Shown in pieces: positions 29,172-42,792 of a stretch of 64,000 bases of DNA. The notes under the pieces are model-generated. The model was not told where the DNA came from, made no database searches, and was given only the letters and a program-made list of their open reading frames with translations. Positions within the stretch are counted from its first letter, which is position 1. Each line of letters opens with the position of its first letter. The stretch comes from Actinomycetes bacterium (GTDB lineage Bacteria; Actinomycetota; Acidimicrobiia; Acidimicrobiales; Acidimicrobilacustridaceae), in NCBI GenBank assembly GCA_037139155.1, contig JBAXGZ010000001.1, positions 36,845-100,844 on the forward strand, read 5' to 3'. Made by a program: the position numbers and the translations under genes.

Positions 29172-30362
29172 TCACTTAAGGATCTTGGTGACGCGGCCGG
29201 CGCCGACGGTACGGCCACCTTCACGGATGGCGAAGCGCAAGCCCTCTTCCATCGCGATGGGGTGGATCAGTTCAACAGTCATCTCGGTGTTATCACCCGG
29301 GATACACATTTCCGTGCCCGCCGGAAGCGAAATCTGACCAGTCACATCAGTCGTACGGAAATAGAACTGCGGACGGTAGTTCGTGAAGAACGGCTTATGA
29401 CGACCGCCTTCTTCCTTGGTCAGAACATAGGTCTGAGCCTCGAACTCGGTATGAGGAGTAATGGAACCAGGCTTCGCGAGCACCTGACCACGCTCAACAT
29501 CTTCCTTCTTCGTTCCACGAAGAAGCGCACCAATGTTGTCTCCCGCACGACCCTCATCAAGAAGCTTGCGGAACATCTCAACACCAGTACACGTCGTCTT
29601 CTGCGTCGCCTTAATACCAACGATCTCAATTTCATCACCGGTATGAACAATGCCCTGTTCCACACGACCAGTCACAACCGTGCCACGACCAGTGATCGTG
29701 AACACATCTTCAATCGGCATAAGGAACGGCTTGTCAGTGTCACGCTCAGGCTGAGGAATGAACTCATCAACAGCAGCCATCAACTCAAGAATCTGAGCAG
29801 TCGCTGTCGGATCACCCTCAAGGGCCTTCAACGCAGAAACCTTGATAACCGGAACATCATCACCCGGGAACTCATACTCATTCAGAAGCTCACGAACCTC
29901 AAGCTCCACAAGATCAAGAAGTTCCTCATCATCGACCATGTCGACCTTATTCAGAGCAACAACCAACGACGGCACACCAACCTGGCGGGCAAGAAGAACA
30001 TGCTCACGAGTCTGAGGCATCGGACCATCAGCAGCCGAAACCACCAAAATCGCACCATCAACCTGAGCAGCACCAGTGATCATGTTCTTGATGTAATCAG
30101 CATGACCCGGCATATCAACATGCGCGTAATGACGATTCGCAGTCTCATACTCAACATGAGAAATATTGATCGTGATACCACGCTCACGCTCTTCCGGCGC
30201 CTTATCAATATTCGCAAACTCAGTAAACGAATTATTCGTCGGATCCGCATCAGCCAACACCTTCGTGATCGCCGCGGTCAACGTGGTCTTACCATGATCG
30301 ATATGACCCATCGTGCCCACATTCGCGTGGGGCTTGGTCCGCTCGAACTTCTCGCGTGCCAT
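29172..30362 (-). CDS. tuf: Elongation factor Tu (copy in the str operon)
   Basis: [31 protein letters not shown]. Confidence 0.99.
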   Translation of the reverse strand: MAREKFERTKPHANVGTMGHIDHGKTTLTAAITKVLADADPTNNSFTEFANIDKAPEERERGITINISHVEYETANRHYAHVDMPGHADYIKNMITGAAQVDGAILVVSAADGPMPQTREHVLLARQVGVPSLVVALNKVDMVDDEELLDLVELEVRELLNEYEFPGDDVPVIKVSALKALEGDPTATAQILELMAAVDEFIPQPERDTDKPFLMPIEDVFTITGRGTVVTGRVEQGIVHTGDEIEIVGIKATQKTTCTGVEMFRKLLDEGRAGDNIGALLRGTKKEDVERGQVLAKPGSITPHTEFEAQTYVLTKEEGGRHKPFFTNYRPQFYFRTTDVTGQISLPAGTEMCIPGDNTEMTVELIHPIAMEEGLRFAIREGGRTVGAGRVTKILK

Positions 30363-30441
30363 TGCTTTCTCCTGTGTCGTTGTGCCCTGCGGCGATTGCT
30401 ATGAATTGGAAAGGTGCGGTTGCTACTAGAGAACTTCGAAA

Positions 30442-32529
30442 TCATTCACCGCGGAGGCGGGTAACGATTTCTTCCTGAACGTTCGACGGCATTTGCTGAT
30501 AGGAGTCGAACTGCATGGTGTACGTGGCTCGACCCTGGGTGCGTGAACGAAGGTCAGTAGCGTAACCGAACATCTCCGAGAGGGGTACCTGCGCACGAAT
30601 GATCTGCGAGTTGCCCTTCTGCTCCATACCGCCGAGCTTGCCGCGACGGCTGGAAAGATCGCCCATGACGTCGCCCATGTAGTCGTCGGGAGTCGAAACT
30701 TCGACGTTCATGATCGGTTCGAGCAAGCACGGCTTGGCCTTACGTGCAGCTTCCTTAAACGCCATAGTTCCGGCGATCTTGAAGGCCATTTCCGAAGAGT
30801 CAACGTCGTGGTACTTGCCATCGGTGAGGATCGCTCGCACGTCGACAGTCGGGTATCCGGCAAGAACGCCAGCCGAAAGTGCCTGCTGAATGCCGGCATC
30901 AACTGATGGGATGTATTCCTTCGGGATACGGCCGCCACTGATCTTGTCGAGGAATTCGTAACCGCCACCAGGGCCGGTGTTCTCGAGCGTGATGGTGACT
31001 TCGGCGTACTGACCCGAACCACCCGACTGCTTCTTATGGGTGTAGGTCGAGTTTTCGACGGTCTGAGTGATGGTCTCGCGGTAGGCCACCTGTGGCTTAC
31101 CAACCGTGGCATCGACCTTGAACTCACGGAGCATGCGGTCGACCAGCACCTCAAGGTGCAATTCGCCCATGCCGGAGATGACGGTCTGTGCCGTGTCTTC
31201 GTCGGTACGCACCTGGAAGGTGGGATCTTCCTCGGCAAGCGAGAAGAGCGCTTTCGACATCTTGTCCTGATCGGCCTTGGTCTTGGGTTCGACCGCCACG
31301 TGGATAACGGGCTCGGGGAAGATCAGCTCTTCGAGCACCAGCGGAGCTGACGGATCGCACAGCGTGTCGCCGGTCTTGGTGTTCTTGAAGCCGATACCGG
31401 CAACGATGTCGCCAGCGAATGCAGTGTCGAGATCCTGACGATCATTTGCATGCATTTCGAGCAAGCGACCGATGCGCTCCTTCGACTGTGTACGAGCGTT
31501 CATCACCTGGCCACCCTTTTCAAGGGAGCCGCTGTACACGCGGAAGTAGGTGAGTTTGCCGACGTGCGGGTCGGTCATGATCTTGAATGCAAGAGCAGCG
31601 AACGGCGCGGTGTCTGAAGGCGGGCGCTCGAGGTCCTGATCGCCCTTCAGGCTGGTTCCGGTTACCGGCGGGAGGTCGATCGGCGACGGAAGGTAGAACA
31701 CGACGGCGTCGAGAAGCGGCTGCACGCCCTTGTTCTTGAATGCGGTGCCGTTGAGAACGGGAATGATGTCGCCAGCGATGGTCGCCTTGCGGATCGCGGC
31801 GCGCAATTCATCGACAGAGATCTCTTCTTCACCGATGAACTTTTCGAGCAGTACTTCATCGACGGAAGCGACGGTTTCGATGAGGTCGGCACGGTAGGCC
31901 TCGGCATCGTCTTTCATGTCAGCGGGGATCTCTTGGACCTCCCACGTGGCACCGAGTTCTTCGTCGAGCCAGACGAGTGCGTCCATGGTGACGAGGTCGA
32001 CAACGCCCTTGTAGTTGCCTTCCGCACCGATTGGCAGCTGCAGTACCGCGGTGTTGGCTTCGAGGCGGTCCTTGATGGAATCAAGCGCGGCGTAGAAGTC
32101 GGCACCCAAACGATCCATCTTGTTTACGAAGCAGATGCGAGGAACGTTGTACTTGTTTGCCTGACGCCACACTGTTTCGGTCTGCGGTTCGACACCGGCA
32201 ACACCGTCGAACACAGCAACGGCACCATCGAGCACACGAAGTGAACGCTCGACCTCGACGGTGAAGTCGACGTGACCGGGGGTGTCGATGATGTTGATGC
32301 GATGGTCTTCCCAAAAGCACGTGGTCGCAGCAGAGGTGATGGTGATGCCGCGCTCTTGTTCCTGAACCATCCAGTCCATGGTGGCGCCACCGTCGTGAAC
32401 CTCACCGATCTTGTAGTTCTTACCGGTGTAATAGAGGATTCGCTCGGTCGTGGTGGTCTTACCCGCATCGATGTGGGCCATGATGCCGATGTTGCGGGTC
32501 TTATCAAGAGGATGCGGGCGGGATGCCAT
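30442..32529 (-). CDS. fusA: Elongation factor G
   Basis: [35 protein letters not shown]. Confidence 0.99.
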   Translation of the reverse strand: MASRPHPLDKTRNIGIMAHIDAGKTTTTERILYYTGKNYKIGEVHDGGATMDWMVQEQERGITITSAATTCFWEDHRINIIDTPGHVDFTVEVERSLRVLDGAVAVFDGVAGVEPQTETVWRQANKYNVPRICFVNKMDRLGADFYAALDSIKDRLEANTAVLQLPIGAEGNYKGVVDLVTMDALVWLDEELGATWEVQEIPADMKDDAEAYRADLIETVASVDEVLLEKFIGEEEISVDELRAAIRKATIAGDIIPVLNGTAFKNKGVQPLLDAVVFYLPSPIDLPPVTGTSLKGDQDLERPPSDTAPFAALAFKIMTDPHVGKLTYFRVYSGSLEKGGQVMNARTQSKERIGRLLEMHANDRQDLDTAFAGDIVAGIGFKNTKTGDTLCDPSAPLVLEELIFPEPVIHVAVEPKTKADQDKMSKALFSLAEEDPTFQVRTDEDTAQTVISGMGELHLEVLVDRMLREFKVDATVGKPQVAYRETITQTVENSTYTHKKQSGGSGQYAEVTITLENTGPGGGYEFLDKISGGRIPKEYIPSVDAGIQQALSAGVLAGYPTVDVRAILTDGKYHDVDSSEMAFKIAGTMAFKEAARKAKPCLLEPIMNVEVSTPDDYMGDVMGDLSSRRGKLGGMEQKGNSQIIRAQVPLSEMFGYATDLRSRTQGRATYTMQFDSYQQMPSNVQEEIVTRLRGE

Positions 32530-32605
32530 CGTCAGGTCCTGTCGTGTGACTGGCGGTCAGGGAAATTGTGAAGGAACGAAGTGGGGGGAACGAGTTGTTT
32601 CGCGA

Positions 32606-32632
32606 CGACGCCCCGCACACGGCGGGGCGTCG
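32606..32632. other. Perfect 11-bp GC hairpin between rpsG and fusA, without a U-tract
   Basis: CGACGCCCCGC-ACACG-GCGGGGCGTCG. Confidence 0.7.
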
Positions 32633-32651
32633 GCATGAACCAACGTGGTGC

Positions 32652-33122
32652 TTACCAGCGGTAGTGAGCGAAGGCCTTGTTGGATTCAGCCATCTTGTAG
32701 AGATCTTCACGACGCTTGATTGATGCGCCAACGCCGTTGGCGGCATCCATCAGTTCGTTCGCAAGACGCTCGGCCATCGTGCGCTCACGGCGCTGACGCG
32801 AATATCCGACGATCCAACGAATGGCGAGCGTGTTGGCACGACGAGGGCGAACCTCAACCGGTACCTGATAGGTAGCGCCACCAACACGACGGCTACGAAC
32901 CTCAAGCTGCGGCTTCACGTTGTCGACTGCACGCTTCAGCGTGGACAACGGTTCAGAACCGGTCTTGGCTTCGATCATGGTGAGTGCTTCGTACACGATG
33001 CGCTCGGCGGTCGAGCGCTTGCCGCGCTGGAGGACCTTATTGACGAGCTGCGTTACGACGACCGACCGATAAATCGGATCGGGCATAAGTTCGCGGCGCG
33101 GTGCGGGACCCTTACGAGGCAT
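32652..33122 (-). CDS. rpsG: 30S ribosomal protein S7
   Basis: [28 protein letters not shown]. Start ATG 33122. Confidence 0.99.
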   Translation of the reverse strand: MPRKGPAPRRELMPDPIYRSVVVTQLVNKVLQRGKRSTAERIVYEALTMIEAKTGSEPLSTLKRAVDNVKPQLEVRSRRVGGATYQVPVEVRPRRANTLAIRWIVGYSRQRRERTMAERLANELMDAANGVGASIKRREDLYKMAESNKAFAHYRW

Positions 33123-33123
33123 A

Positions 33124-33495
33124 TCAGCTTTCCTTCTTGGCGCCGTAACGGCTACGGGCCTGCTTGCGATCGCGCACACCCGAGGTATCGAGGGTGCCGC
33201 GGATGATCTTGTAACGCACACCCGGAAGATCCTTCACACGACCACCACGCACGAGCACGATGCTGTGCTCCTGGAGGTTGTGTCCTTCACCGGGAATGTA
33301 CGCAGTGACTTCCATGCCCGATGAAAGACGAACACGAGCAACCTTGCGGAGTGCAGAGTTCGGCTTCTTCGGCGTGGTCGTGTAGACGCGCGTGCACACG
33401 CCCCGTCGCTGCGGAGCGCCCTTGAGGGCCGGGGTCTTGCCCTTTGCGGGCTTCGACTGACGGCCCTTACGGACCAACTGCTGAATGGTGGGCAC
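33124..33495 (-). CDS. rpsL: 30S ribosomal protein S12
   Basis: [28 protein letters not shown] start at 33495. Confidence 0.99.
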   Translation of the reverse strand: MPTIQQLVRKGRQSKPAKGKTPALKGAPQRRGVCTRVYTTTPKKPNSALRKVARVRLSSGMEVTAYIPGEGHNLQEHSIVLVRGGRVKDLPGVRYKIIRGTLDTSGVRDRKQARSRYGAKKES

Positions 33496-33551
33496 AGCGA
33501 ACCTTTCTGGCGTTCGTATCGCAACGGGGACCGGCCCCGAAGCGGAGGGCA

Positions 33552-33581
33552 AGGTTAGGGGGGTCAGCCCGATCTGAGCAA
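33552..33581 (-). promoter_or_regulatory. SigA-like promoter for the str operon
   Basis: TTGCTC-N18-TAACCT. Confidence 0.55.
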
Positions 33582-33602
33582 ACCCCCCGTCACCGGGACT
33601 TC

Positions 33603-36600
33603 TTAGGACTCTTCGGCTGCGTCACTCTCGTGAGTGATATCGGCCTCAGAAGCTGCGGCTGTAACTGGGAGATCGATCACCTGGGCATCGGGGAGTTCTT
33701 CCCCGGCTTCGGCCAGATCTCCAGCACCGGCAACCATCTCGGCGGCCATGGCAGCCTCGGCGGCGGCATCGGCCAGTGCAGCCAATTCGTCCAGATCAAC
33801 TGGGGCTGGGGTGATGACATCGCCGGCCATGCGCTCGGCGAGGAGATCGGCGAGATCGCCGCCCTCTTCGTCGTCGCCTGATGACCAGAACTCCATCGGC
33901 TGATACTCAGGCGCTGCGGTGGAAATGTCTCGGTACTTCGACATTCCGGTACCCGCAGGGATGAGCTTGCCGATGATGATGTTCTCCTTGAGGCCGAGCA
34001 GCGAGTCCGAACGGGACTCGATGGCAGCTTCGGTGAGCACCCGAGTGGTCTCTTGGAAAGAGGCCGCCGACAACCATGAATCGGTAGCGAGCGACGCCTT
34101 GGTGATACCCATGATCTCGGGGCGACCCTCGGCGGGTTGCTTGCCTTCCATCACGAGTGCACGGCTGGCATCTCGGTACACCTTTGAATCGACGCGCTCG
34201 CCGGGAAGGAAATCGGATTCGCCCGCTTCTTGCACGGTGATCTTGCGCGTCATTTGACGAACGATGAGTTCGATGTGCTTATCGTGGATCGGCACGCCCT
34301 GATCGCGGTACACCTTCTGCACCTCGGTCACAAGGTACTGCTGGGTTTCCTGCACACCCTTGATCTCGATGAGTTCCTTGGGATCGCGAGGACCGTCGAC
34401 GATGGGATCGCCAGCGGCGATTTCCTGACCATCGGTGACCTCGAGACGAGCAAGACCAGAAACGATGTAGGCCTCTTCGGTGCCATCGTCGGCAATGACC
34501 GTGATGACACGACCCTTCCCTTCGTCCTCACCAATCCGCACGACTCCACTGATGCGCGAGAGCGTCGCTTTGCCCTTCGGGCTGCGAGCTTCGAACAATT
34601 CAACAACGCGCGGCAGACCGCCGGCGAGGTCGGTACCGGCGACGCCGCCAGTGTGGAAGGTACGCATGGTGAGCTGGGTACCAGGCTCGCCGATCGACTG
34701 TGCTGCGATGACACCGACGGCCTCGCCAACCTCGATCAACTTGCCAGTGGCCAGCGAAAGTCCGTAGCACGCTGCCGACACCCCGAGATCGGAATCATCA
34801 GTGAGAGGCGACAACACGCGGACGCGGGTGACCTGCTGATCATCACGAAGGAGCGCGACTTCGTCGTCGCCGAGGACAGTGCCCTTGGCAAGGACGGTGC
34901 CGTCCGACAGCGTGACATCGTCGGCGAGCGTTCGGCTGTAGAGACGAGTCTCGAGCCACGCCCGCTTGCCAGGACGATCAGCTTCGATGTCCTCGATCCA
35001 GATGCCGCGAACCGGTCCACCAGATGCAAACGGGTCCTCATCGTTGATGATGAGTTCCTGGGCAACGTCGACGAGACGACGGGTGAGATAGCCCGAGTCA
35101 GCGGTACGAAGTGCGGTATCGACCAGACCCTTACGTGCACCGGGAGTAGAGATGAAGTACTCAAGCATCGTGAGGCCTTCACGGAAGTTCGACTTGATCG
35201 GACGAGGAATCATGTCGCCGCGAGGGTTCGCCACAAGACCGCGCATACCTGCGATCTGGCGAACCTGCATCATGTTTCCTCGTGCACCCGAACCGACCAT
35301 CATGTCGATCGGGTTGAACTTGTCTTCCTTCAGGCTGGCTTCCATGGCAACACGAACTTCGTCGGTTGCTGTGGTCCAGATCTCAACTTCCTTCTGACGA
35401 CGCTCACCATCGGTGATGATGCCGCGACGGAACTGGGTCTCGACCTTTTCTGCTTCCTTCTCGTGACGGTCCAGGATCTCCTTCTTGACTGCAGGAGTCT
35501 TGACATCCTCAATCGAGATGGTGAGACCAGACTTGGTTGCGTAGCGGTAGCAAAGATCCTTAATGCGATCGAGGCTCGACGCCACATCGGCCTTGTCGTA
35601 GTTGTGAGCCAGATCATCAACGATTCGACCCATGGCCTTCTTGTCGATTCGCGCGTTCTGGAATTCAAAACCCTTCGGCAAGGTCGTGTTGAAGAAGATG
35701 CGACCGGCAGTGGTGGTTCGGTAGGTCTTGCGCCCAGCCTCTTCACCCATGACGTGATCAGGATGGCGATACTGAATCAGAGAATGCAGATCAATATCTT
35801 TTGCTTCGTAGGCCCGCTCGATCTCTTCGAGATTCCGGAAGACACGACCTTCACCAGGACCGTTGTCGACCTCTTCGGTCAGGTAGTACGCACCAATGAT
35901 CATGTCCTGCGTCGGGGTGACGAGGGGACGACCATCAGCCGGCGACAAAATGTTGTTGGCCGACAGCATGAGCACGCGGGCTTCGGCCTGCGCTTCCGCC
36001 GAAAGCGGAAGGTGGACCGCCATCTGATCACCGTCGAAGTCAGCGTTGAACGCTGCGCACACGAGCGGGTGAATCTGGATGGCCTTGCCCTCGACGAGCA
36101 CTGGCTCAAAGGCTTGGATGCCAAGACGATGCAACGTAGGAGCACGGTTCAACATGACCGGATGTTCCTTGATGACATCTTCAAGAACGTCCCACACCTG
36201 CGGACGACGACGCTCAACCATCCGCTTGGCGGACTTGATGTTCTGCGCCAGTTCGGTGTCGACAAGCTTCTTCATGACAAACGGCTTGAACAGTTCCAAC
36301 GCCATGAGCTTCGGCAAACCGCACTGATGCAGCTTGAGCGTCGGGCCGACCACGATGACCGAACGGCCTGAGTAGTCGACGCGCTTGCCGAGAAGGTTCT
36401 GACGGAAACGACCCTGCTTACCCTTGAGCATGTCCGACAGTGACTTGAGCGGACGGTTGCCCGGACCGGTCACCGGTCGACCACGACGACCGTTGTCGAA
36501 CAACGCGTCGACGGCCTCTTGGAGCATGCGCTTTTCGTTGTTCACGATGATCTCAGGAGCACCAAGATCAAGGAGTCGCTTCAGACGGTTGTTACGGTTG

Positions 36601-37706
36601 ATCACACGGCGGTAGAGGTCGTTGAGATCAGAGGTCGCGAAGCGGCCGCCATCGAGCTGCACCATCGGGCGAAGTTCGGGCGGAATCACCGGGACGACAT
36701 CGAGGATCATGGCGCGCGGATCGTTGATCCGACGGCCGTTCTCGTCGCGACGGTTGAAGGCCGTGACAATTTTCAGACGCTTGATGGCCTTCTGCTTGCG
36801 CTGGGCCGAAAGCGGCTTCTGACCCTCGGCGGGATCGATCTGCTCACGCAGACGAATCTCGTCGGCATCAAGGTCGATGCGGTTGATCATGTTGGCGATG
36901 GCTTCTGCACCCATGCCACCCTCGAAGTATTCGCCGTAGCGATCTTCGAGTTCACGCCAGAGCATCTCGTCCTCAATGATCTTGCGAGCAAAGAGTGACT
37001 TGAATTCGTCGAACGCACGCTCGACGAGATCGCGCTCCATGTCGTAGCGCTCACGAATGGACTGAAGATCCTTGTCGGCGGCGCGTTGACGGGCCTTGAT
37101 GTCGGCGTCCTTCGCACCTTCCTTCTCGAGACCCTTGACCTCGTCTTCGAGATCCTTGTGACGGCGATCAAGTTCAAGACGGAGGTCTTTCTCGATCAGG
37201 TCCTTTTCGGCGAGCATGTCCTGCTCAAGTGCCTCGAGGTCCGCGTGACGACGCTCATCGTCGACCCACGTAACCAGGTTGGCCGCGAAGTAGATGACCT
37301 TTTCGAGCTGCTTGGCCTTGATTTCTTCACGGGCTTCAGTGCCCATGAGGAGATACGCCAACCATGACCGAGTGCCGCGTAGGTACCAGATGTGAACAAC
37401 CGGAGCGGCGAGTTCGATGTGACCCATGCGCTCGCGTCGGACCTTCGAACGGGTGACTTCAACGCCACAACGCTCGCAAATGATGCCCTTGAAACGGACA
37501 CGCTTGTACTTACCGCAGTAGCACTCCCAGTCCTTCTGCGGGCCGAAGATCTTCTCGCAGAACAAGCCGTCTTTTTCGGGCTTGAGCGTGCGGTAGTTGA
37601 TGGTCTCCGGCTTCTTGACCTCGCCGTTCGACCACGTACGGATGGAATCCGCGGTGGCAAGACCGATACGAAGTTGATCAAATGTGTTGACGTCAAGCAT
37701 TGCCAT
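33603..37706 (-). CDS. rpoC: RNA polymerase beta' subunit
   Basis: [27 protein letters not shown]. Start ATG 37706 or 37700. Helical N-terminal lineage insert and acidic C-terminal tail. Confidence 0.99.
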   Translation of the reverse strand: MAMLDVNTFDQLRIGLATADSIRTWSNGEVKKPETINYRTLKPEKDGLFCEKIFGPQKDWECYCGKYKRVRFKGIICERCGVEVTRSKVRRERMGHIELAAPVVHIWYLRGTRSWLAYLLMGTEAREEIKAKQLEKVIYFAANLVTWVDDERRHADLEALEQDMLAEKDLIEKDLRLELDRRHKDLEDEVKGLEKEGAKDADIKARQRAADKDLQSIRERYDMERDLVERAFDEFKSLFARKIIEDEMLWRELEDRYGEYFEGGMGAEAIANMINRIDLDADEIRLREQIDPAEGQKPLSAQRKQKAIKRLKIVTAFNRRDENGRRINDPRAMILDVVPVIPPELRPMVQLDGGRFATSDLNDLYRRVINRNNRLKRLLDLGAPEIIVNNEKRMLQEAVDALFDNGRRGRPVTGPGNRPLKSLSDMLKGKQGRFRQNLLGKRVDYSGRSVIVVGPTLKLHQCGLPKLMALELFKPFVMKKLVDTELAQNIKSAKRMVERRRPQVWDVLEDVIKEHPVMLNRAPTLHRLGIQAFEPVLVEGKAIQIHPLVCAAFNADFDGDQMAVHLPLSAEAQAEARVLMLSANNILSPADGRPLVTPTQDMIIGAYYLTEEVDNGPGEGRVFRNLEEIERAYEAKDIDLHSLIQYRHPDHVMGEEAGRKTYRTTTAGRIFFNTTLPKGFEFQNARIDKKAMGRIVDDLAHNYDKADVASSLDRIKDLCYRYATKSGLTISIEDVKTPAVKKEILDRHEKEAEKVETQFRRGIITDGERRQKEVEIWTTATDEVRVAMEASLKEDKFNPIDMMVGSGARGNMMQVRQIAGMRGLVANPRGDMIPRPIKSNFREGLTMLEYFISTPGARKGLVDTALRTADSGYLTRRLVDVAQELIINDEDPFASGGPVRGIWIEDIEADRPGKRAWLETRLYSRTLADDVTLSDGTVLAKGTVLGDDEVALLRDDQQVTRVRVLSPLTDDSDLGVSAACYGLSLATGKLIEVGEAVGVIAAQSIGEPGTQLTMRTFHTGGVAGTDLAGGLPRVVELFEARSPKGKATLSRISGVVRIGEDEGKGRVITVIADDGTEEAYIVSGLARLEVTDGQEIAAGDPIVDGPRDPKELIEIKGVQETQQYLVTEVQKVYRDQGVPIHDKHIELIVRQMTRKITVQEAGESDFLPGERVDSKVYRDASRALVMEGKQPAEGRPEIMGITKASLATDSWLSAASFQETTRVLTEAAIESRSDSLLGLKENIIIGKLIPAGTGMSKYRDISTAAPEYQPMEFWSSGDDEEGGDLADLLAERMAGDVITPAPVDLDELAALADAAAEAAMAAEMVAGAGDLAEAGEELPDAQVIDLPVTAAASEADITHESDAAEES

Positions 37707-37710
37707 GACT

Positions 37711-40700
37711 TCAGCCCCTCTCTGCCTGGCGGCGGGCATCTTCTTCATCACTGCCGCGTTCCGGACGTGAGAGATCGATGCCGAGTTCTTCGGCGGTACG
37801 GAAAATGTCTTCGTCGAGCTCACGCATCTCGATCTCGGCGCCAGAGGTGTTGAGGACCTCAACGTTGAGACAAAGTGCCTGCATTTCCTTGATGAGAACC
37901 TTGAAGCTCTCGGGGATGCCGGGCTCAGGAATGTTTTCTCCCTTGACGATGGCCTCGTACACCTTCACGCGGCCAAGAACATCGTCGGACTTAATGGTGA
38001 GAAGTTCCTGCAGACAGTACGCAGCGCCATACGCCTCGAGTGCCCACACCTCCATCTCACCGAATCGCTGACCACCGAACTGCGCCTTACCACCCAGCGG
38101 CTGCTGAGTGATCATGGAGTACGGGCCAGTCGAACGAGCGTGAATCTTGTCGTCGACCAAATGCGCGAGTTTGAGGATGTAAACGACACCGACGGTGATC
38201 GGGTTGTCGTACTCCTCGCCGGTGCGGCCGTTGAAAAGCGGGATCTTTCCGTTGTCCTGCATCATGCGACCGTTGTCGCCGTAACGGGGATCGGTTGCTT
38301 CGGGATGCAGATTCTGGAAGATCGACTTGATGGTCGGGTGCTTGCCTGCGCCCTCGAGTTCATCCCAGTGAGCACCGTCGAAGACGGGCGTGGCGATAAG
38401 CGTGGCCGGAGGCGTCACCGGGCGGGTCTTCTTCTCGGTGCCTCGCACCGCTTCCTGACCAACCGACTCGCCGTTGACGGTCCAGCCATAGCGAGCGGCG
38501 TAACCAAGATGCGCTTCGAGCACCTGGCCGACGTTCATTCGGGACGGAACACCGAGCGGGTTAAGGATGATGTCGACAGCAGTGCCATCGGCCATGAAGG
38601 GCATGTCCTCGAGGGGAAGGATCCTGGAGATAACACCCTTGTTGCCATGACGACCGGCGAGTTTGTCGCCCACGCTGATCTTGCGCTTCTGAGCGACATA
38701 CACACGGACGAGTTGGTTGACACCCGGGGGAAGTTCGTGACCGTCGTCGCGGCTGAACACCTTGACGTCGATGACCTTGCCCTTTTCGCCGTGCGGAACC
38801 TTGAGTGAGGTGTCGCGAACTTCGCGAGCCTTCTCACCGAAGATGGCACGAAGGAGACGCTCTTCAGGAGTGAGTTCGGTCTCGCCCTTCGGGGTGACCT
38901 TGCCCACAAGAACATCGCCAGCCGAAACCTCGGCACCGACACGGATGATGCCGCGCTCGTCGAGGTCGGCGAGGATTTCGTCCGAAAGATTTGGAATGTC
39001 TCGCGTGATTTCTTCCGGACCTAGTTTGGTGTCGCGAGCATCGATCTCGTGTTCCTTGATGTGGATCGACGTAAGAACGTCGTCCTTCACCAAGCGCTCA
39101 GAGAGGATGATGGCGTCTTCGAAGTTGTAGCCCTCCCATGGCATGAAGGCCACGACAAGGTTCTTTCCGAGAGCGAGTTCGCCGTTATCAGTCGACGGGC
39201 CGTGAGCGAGGATGTCGCCCTTCTTGATGACCTGACCCTGAGCGACAATCGGCTTCTGGTTGATGCAGGTGTCTTGGTTCGAGCGCTCGAACTTGAGCAG
39301 TCGATATACGACCCGGCCCTGGGTCTTGTACTGCACCGTGATGGCGTTGCCATCGACCTCGGTGATGGTGCCGTCATCATCAGCGATGATCATGTCGGCA
39401 GCATCGCGAGCAGCGCGTGACTCGATGCCAGTACCGATGTACGGAGCTTCCGCACGCAGCAACGGCACTGCCTGACGCTGCATGTTGGCGCCCATGAGCG
39501 CGCGGTTTGCATCGTCGTGTTCGAGGAAGGGAATGAGTGCCGTTGCGACTGAAACGATCTGCTTGGGCGAAACGTCCATGAGCTGAACTTCAGCGGGAGC
39601 AACGTTTGAAATTTCGGTGGTTGCACCGAAGAAGACGTCACGTTCGAGCATGAGCTTCAGTTCACCAAGCGTTGCCGCCTGCGGTGAACGACGCACAAGA
39701 ACACGATCGGCCCTGAACGTGCCATCGGGGTTGAGCGGCGCGTTCGCCTGCGCGACGACGTATTCCTCTTCCTCATCGGCTGCGAGGTAGACGATTTCAT
39801 CGGTGACTCGACCGTTCACGACCTTGCGGTACGGCGACTCGATGAAACCAAACGCGTTCACGCGAGCGAAGGTTGCCAGCGCACCGATGAGACCGATGTT
39901 CGGACCTTCAGGAGTCTCGATCGGACACATACGGCCGTAATGGCTGAAGTGAACGTCGCGAACTTCGAAGCCCGCACGCTCACGCGACAAACCGCCTGGG
40001 CCGAGCGCCGAAAGACGACGACGGTGGGTAAGTCCAGAAAGCGGGTTGACCTGATCCATGAACTGCGACAGCTGCGAGGTTCCGAAGAACTCCTTGATCG
40101 ACGCAACGACCGGACGAATGTTGATGAGGGTCTGCGGCGTGATGGCCTCGACGTCCTGGGTGGTCATGCGCTCACGCACGACACGTTCCATACGTGACAG
40201 ACCGATGCGGACCTGATTCTGGATGAGTTCACCGACCGAACGGATACGACGGTTGGCGAAATGGTCCTGATCGTCGAGTCGGTAACCCGGCTCGGCGTTT
40301 ACAAGATTCAGCAGGTAGGTCGTGGCGGCAAGAACTTCAGACGGCGTAAGCACCGACTGATCGAGTTCGGGACGCTCAACCTTGATGTTGAACAGTTTCT
40401 CGATCTTGTCGAGTTCCGGTCCAAGTTTGCGGTTGAGCTTGTAGCGACCAACACGTGAAAGGTCGTAGCGACGGTTCTCGAAGAACGCGTTACGGAAGTA
40501 GGCCTTGGCTGAATCGACCGACGGCGGTTCGCCCGGACGAGCACGCTTATAGATCTCGACCAGCGCTTCATCTTGTGTCGGCGCGAGGTCGCGATCTTTT
40601 TCCCACTGACCTTCAAGGAAATCGAAGTGACGCACGAAACGATCGAGGAAGCCCGGGAAGTTTTCTTCGTCGTATCCGAGTGCACGAAGGAGGACGAAAA

Positions 40701-41304
40701 GGCTGAGACGACGCTTGCGGGCAACACGTGCACCGGCAGTGACGTCCTTACCGGGCTTTTGCTCGACGTCGAACTCGATCCACTCACCGCGGTAGGGGTG
40801 AATGGTGCCAGTGACGAGCTGATGCTTCTGGAGGTTACGAAGACGGAAACGCTCACCGGGCTGGAAGATGACACCGGGCGAACGGACGAGCTGCGAAACA
40901 ACAACACGCTCGGTGCCGTTGATAACAAACGTGCCCTTGTCGGTCATCATCGGGAAGTCGCCCATGAACACGGTTTGTTCTTTGATTTCCCCGGTTGACG
41001 CGTTCATGAAACGCGCACGCACGAAGATCGGCGCAGAGAAGGTCATGTCCTTCTCTTTGCACTCCTCCACCGTGAACTTGGGCGGCGGACGCAGATCTTC
41101 ATCTTCAGGATCGAATTCGAGTTCGAGCTGAAGCGTTTCGGTGAAGTCCTTGATCGGACTGATGTCGCGGAAGGTTTCCGCGAGACCAGTGTGAAGGAAC
41201 CATTCGAAAGATTCGCGTTGGATCGCGATCAGATCGGGAAGGTCAAGAACTTCGTCGAGATTCGCGAACGAATAACGGTCACGGACGGTCGGACGAGCAG
41301 ACAA
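37711..41304 (-). CDS. rpoB: RNA polymerase beta subunit
   Basis: [27 protein letters not shown]. Confidence 0.99.
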   Translation of the reverse strand: MSARPTVRDRYSFANLDEVLDLPDLIAIQRESFEWFLHTGLAETFRDISPIKDFTETLQLELEFDPEDEDLRPPPKFTVEECKEKDMTFSAPIFVRARFMNASTGEIKEQTVFMGDFPMMTDKGTFVINGTERVVVSQLVRSPGVIFQPGERFRLRNLQKHQLVTGTIHPYRGEWIEFDVEQKPGKDVTAGARVARKRRLSLFVLLRALGYDEENFPGFLDRFVRHFDFLEGQWEKDRDLAPTQDEALVEIYKRARPGEPPSVDSAKAYFRNAFFENRRYDLSRVGRYKLNRKLGPELDKIEKLFNIKVERPELDQSVLTPSEVLAATTYLLNLVNAEPGYRLDDQDHFANRRIRSVGELIQNQVRIGLSRMERVVRERMTTQDVEAITPQTLINIRPVVASIKEFFGTSQLSQFMDQVNPLSGLTHRRRLSALGPGGLSRERAGFEVRDVHFSHYGRMCPIETPEGPNIGLIGALATFARVNAFGFIESPYRKVVNGRVTDEIVYLAADEEEEYVVAQANAPLNPDGTFRADRVLVRRSPQAATLGELKLMLERDVFFGATTEISNVAPAEVQLMDVSPKQIVSVATALIPFLEHDDANRALMGANMQRQAVPLLRAEAPYIGTGIESRAARDAADMIIADDDGTITEVDGNAITVQYKTQGRVVYRLLKFERSNQDTCINQKPIVAQGQVIKKGDILAHGPSTDNGELALGKNLVVAFMPWEGYNFEDAIILSERLVKDDVLTSIHIKEHEIDARDTKLGPEEITRDIPNLSDEILADLDERGIIRVGAEVSAGDVLVGKVTPKGETELTPEERLLRAIFGEKAREVRDTSLKVPHGEKGKVIDVKVFSRDDGHELPPGVNQLVRVYVAQKRKISVGDKLAGRHGNKGVISRILPLEDMPFMADGTAVDIILNPLGVPSRMNVGQVLEAHLGYAARYGWTVNGESVGQEAVRGTEKKTRPVTPPATLIATPVFDGAHWDELEGAGKHPTIKSIFQNLHPEATDPRYGDNGRMMQDNGKIPLFNGRTGEEYDNPITVGVVYILKLAHLVDDKIHARSTGPYSMITQQPLGGKAQFGGQRFGEMEVWALEAYGAAYCLQELLTIKSDDVLGRVKVYEAIVKGENIPEPGIPESFKVLIKEMQALCLNVEVLNTSGAEIEMRELDEDIFRTAEELGIDLSRPERGSDEEDARRQAERG

Positions 41305-41538
41305 GGAAAGCTCCTCGGTGAAGGAATGGCGTGACGCACTGCACGAACCGGGGTGAACCGGACCCGGGCGCGTCGCAACGTCGGAGACGGTTCGAGGCGG
41401 CCCGGAGCGCAGCAGGGCGGACCATGGATCCTAGGGGCAGGACGCGAGGAAGAGCAACCCTGGAATTCCGGCCGTTTCGGCGAATTCAGGCGCTCACTCG
41501 GGGGATCATCCACTCCTGCCCCGTTTGAATTGCGCGGA

Positions 41539-41567
41539 AACCTAGACCCCTCCCCCGCCCGGGTCAA
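41539..41567 (-). promoter_or_regulatory. SigA-like promoter for rpoBC
   Basis: TTGACC-N17-TAGGTT. Confidence 0.65.
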
Positions 41568-41610
41568 GCATCTCTCCCCTGCGACGCCCCGTCGACTCCC
41601 CATGACGACC

Positions 41611-41648
41611 CGAAAAACGACACTGGCCCGCCCCGAAGGGCGGGCCAG
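41611..41648 (-). terminator. Terminator after rplL
   Basis: CTGGCCCGCCC-TTCG-GGGCGGGCCAG followed by TGTCGTTTTT. Confidence 0.8.
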
Positions 41649-41680
41649 CACACACGCCTGACGGCGAGTATCGAACCGAA

Positions 41681-42061
41681 TTACTTGAGTTCGACAGAAG
41701 CGCCGGCACCCTCGAGGGCGGCCTTTGCCTTCTCTGCGTCTTCCTTCGAGGCGTTCTCGAGGACGGTCTGGGGGGCGCCGTCCACAAGATCCTTGGCCTC
41801 CTTGAGACCAAGATTCGTCAGTGCACGCACCTCCTTGATGACCTGGATCTTCTTGTCGCCAGCGCCAGTGAGAACGACGTCAAATTCGTCCTTCTCGGCA
41901 GCGGCTTCGCCGCCACCTGCACCAGCAACCGGAGCTGCCGCAACTGCCACCGGAGCAGCAGCCGAAACGCCGAACTTCTCTTCGAAGTCCTTGAGTAGTT
42001 CACTGAGTTCGAGGACCGACATACCGGCGATCGCGTCGAGGATTTCTTCCTTGGTTGCCAT
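41681..42061 (-). CDS. rplL: 50S ribosomal protein L7/L12
   Basis: [26 protein letters not shown]. Confidence 0.99.
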   Translation of the reverse strand: MATKEEILDAIAGMSVLELSELLKDFEEKFGVSAAAPVAVAAAPVAGAGGGEAAAEKDEFDVVLTGAGDKKIQVIKEVRALTNLGLKEAKDLVDGAPQTVLENASKEDAEKAKAALEGAGASVELK

Positions 42062-42063
42062 TT

Positions 42064-42792
42064 TCAGCTCTCCTGGGTGTCACCCTCGGCATCAGCCGGG
42101 GCAGCGTCGTTGGATTCGGCGGTGGCATCAGCCACGGCCTCGGGTGATTCGGTGGTGTCATCGGCTGCGGGAGCCTCGGCCTCTGCCTCAGCAGCGGCCT
42201 CTGGTGCGGCGGTCTCTTCGACAGCAGGTTCGTCGGCCGGGGTCTCGATGACCTCGGGTGCTCCGCCCTGCTTTTCGATGAGTGCTGCCAGTCCGTAGGC
42301 GAAATCGCGAGGAAGTGCCTGCAGAAGTCCAGCGAACTGCACCATCGGGGCAGCAATGAGGCCAGCCAGCATGGCCAGCAGTTCCTCACGCGGTGCCACG
42401 TCGGCAAGTGCCTTGGCATCGGCCTCAGAGAGCAACTTGTCTCCGAGAACTCCGCCCTTCACCACCAGGTTGGGATTGCCCTTCGCGAATTCACGCAGGG
42501 CCTTTGCGACGGCAACGGGGTCTCCGGTGCCGCCAGCGGGAACGAAGGCGATGGCCGTCGGTCCAGTCAGGTGTTCGTCAAGATCAAGACCAAGTTCGTT
42601 CGTCGCACGACGCACGAGCGTGTTCTTGTAGACCTTGTAGTCACCACCGGCTGCACGAAGTGCCGCTCGAAGCTCGGCCAGTCCACTGACGTTGATTCCG
42701 CGGTACTCGGTGAGCAGGACGGCTTCGGCATCGGTGAAGCGCTTACGCACCTCATCGACCACGGCCACCTTTTCCGGTCTCGGGTTTTCCAT
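42064..42792 (-). CDS. rplJ: 50S ribosomal protein L10 with acidic Ala/Glu-rich tail
   Basis: YRGINV, VYKNTL, GPTAIAF. Start ATG 42792. Confidence 0.97.
   Translation of the reverse strand: MENPRPEKVAVVDEVRKRFTDAEAVLLTEYRGINVSGLAELRAALRAAGGDYKVYKNTLVRRATNELGLDLDEHLTGPTAIAFVPAGGTGDPVAVAKALREFAKGNPNLVVKGGVLGDKLLSEADAKALADVAPREELLAMLAGLIAAPMVQFAGLLQALPRDFAYGLAALIEKQGGAPEVIETPADEPAVEETAAPEAAAEAEAEAPAADDTTESPEAVADATAESNDAAPADAEGDTQES

Noticed and set aside
34230-36371. 713-aa plus-strand ORF, and similar long antisense ORFs over tuf, rpoB, rplB and nuoD
   Set aside because: These are exact antisense shadows of conserved genes, with no recognisable motifs. They are expected from high-GC codon bias that suppresses stops.
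40010-40100. Rifampicin or streptomycin resistance alleles (rpoB RRDR, also rpsL)
   Set aside because: The key Asp, His and Ser in [22 protein letters not shown] and the S12 lysines (PKKPNS, VKDLP) look wild type.
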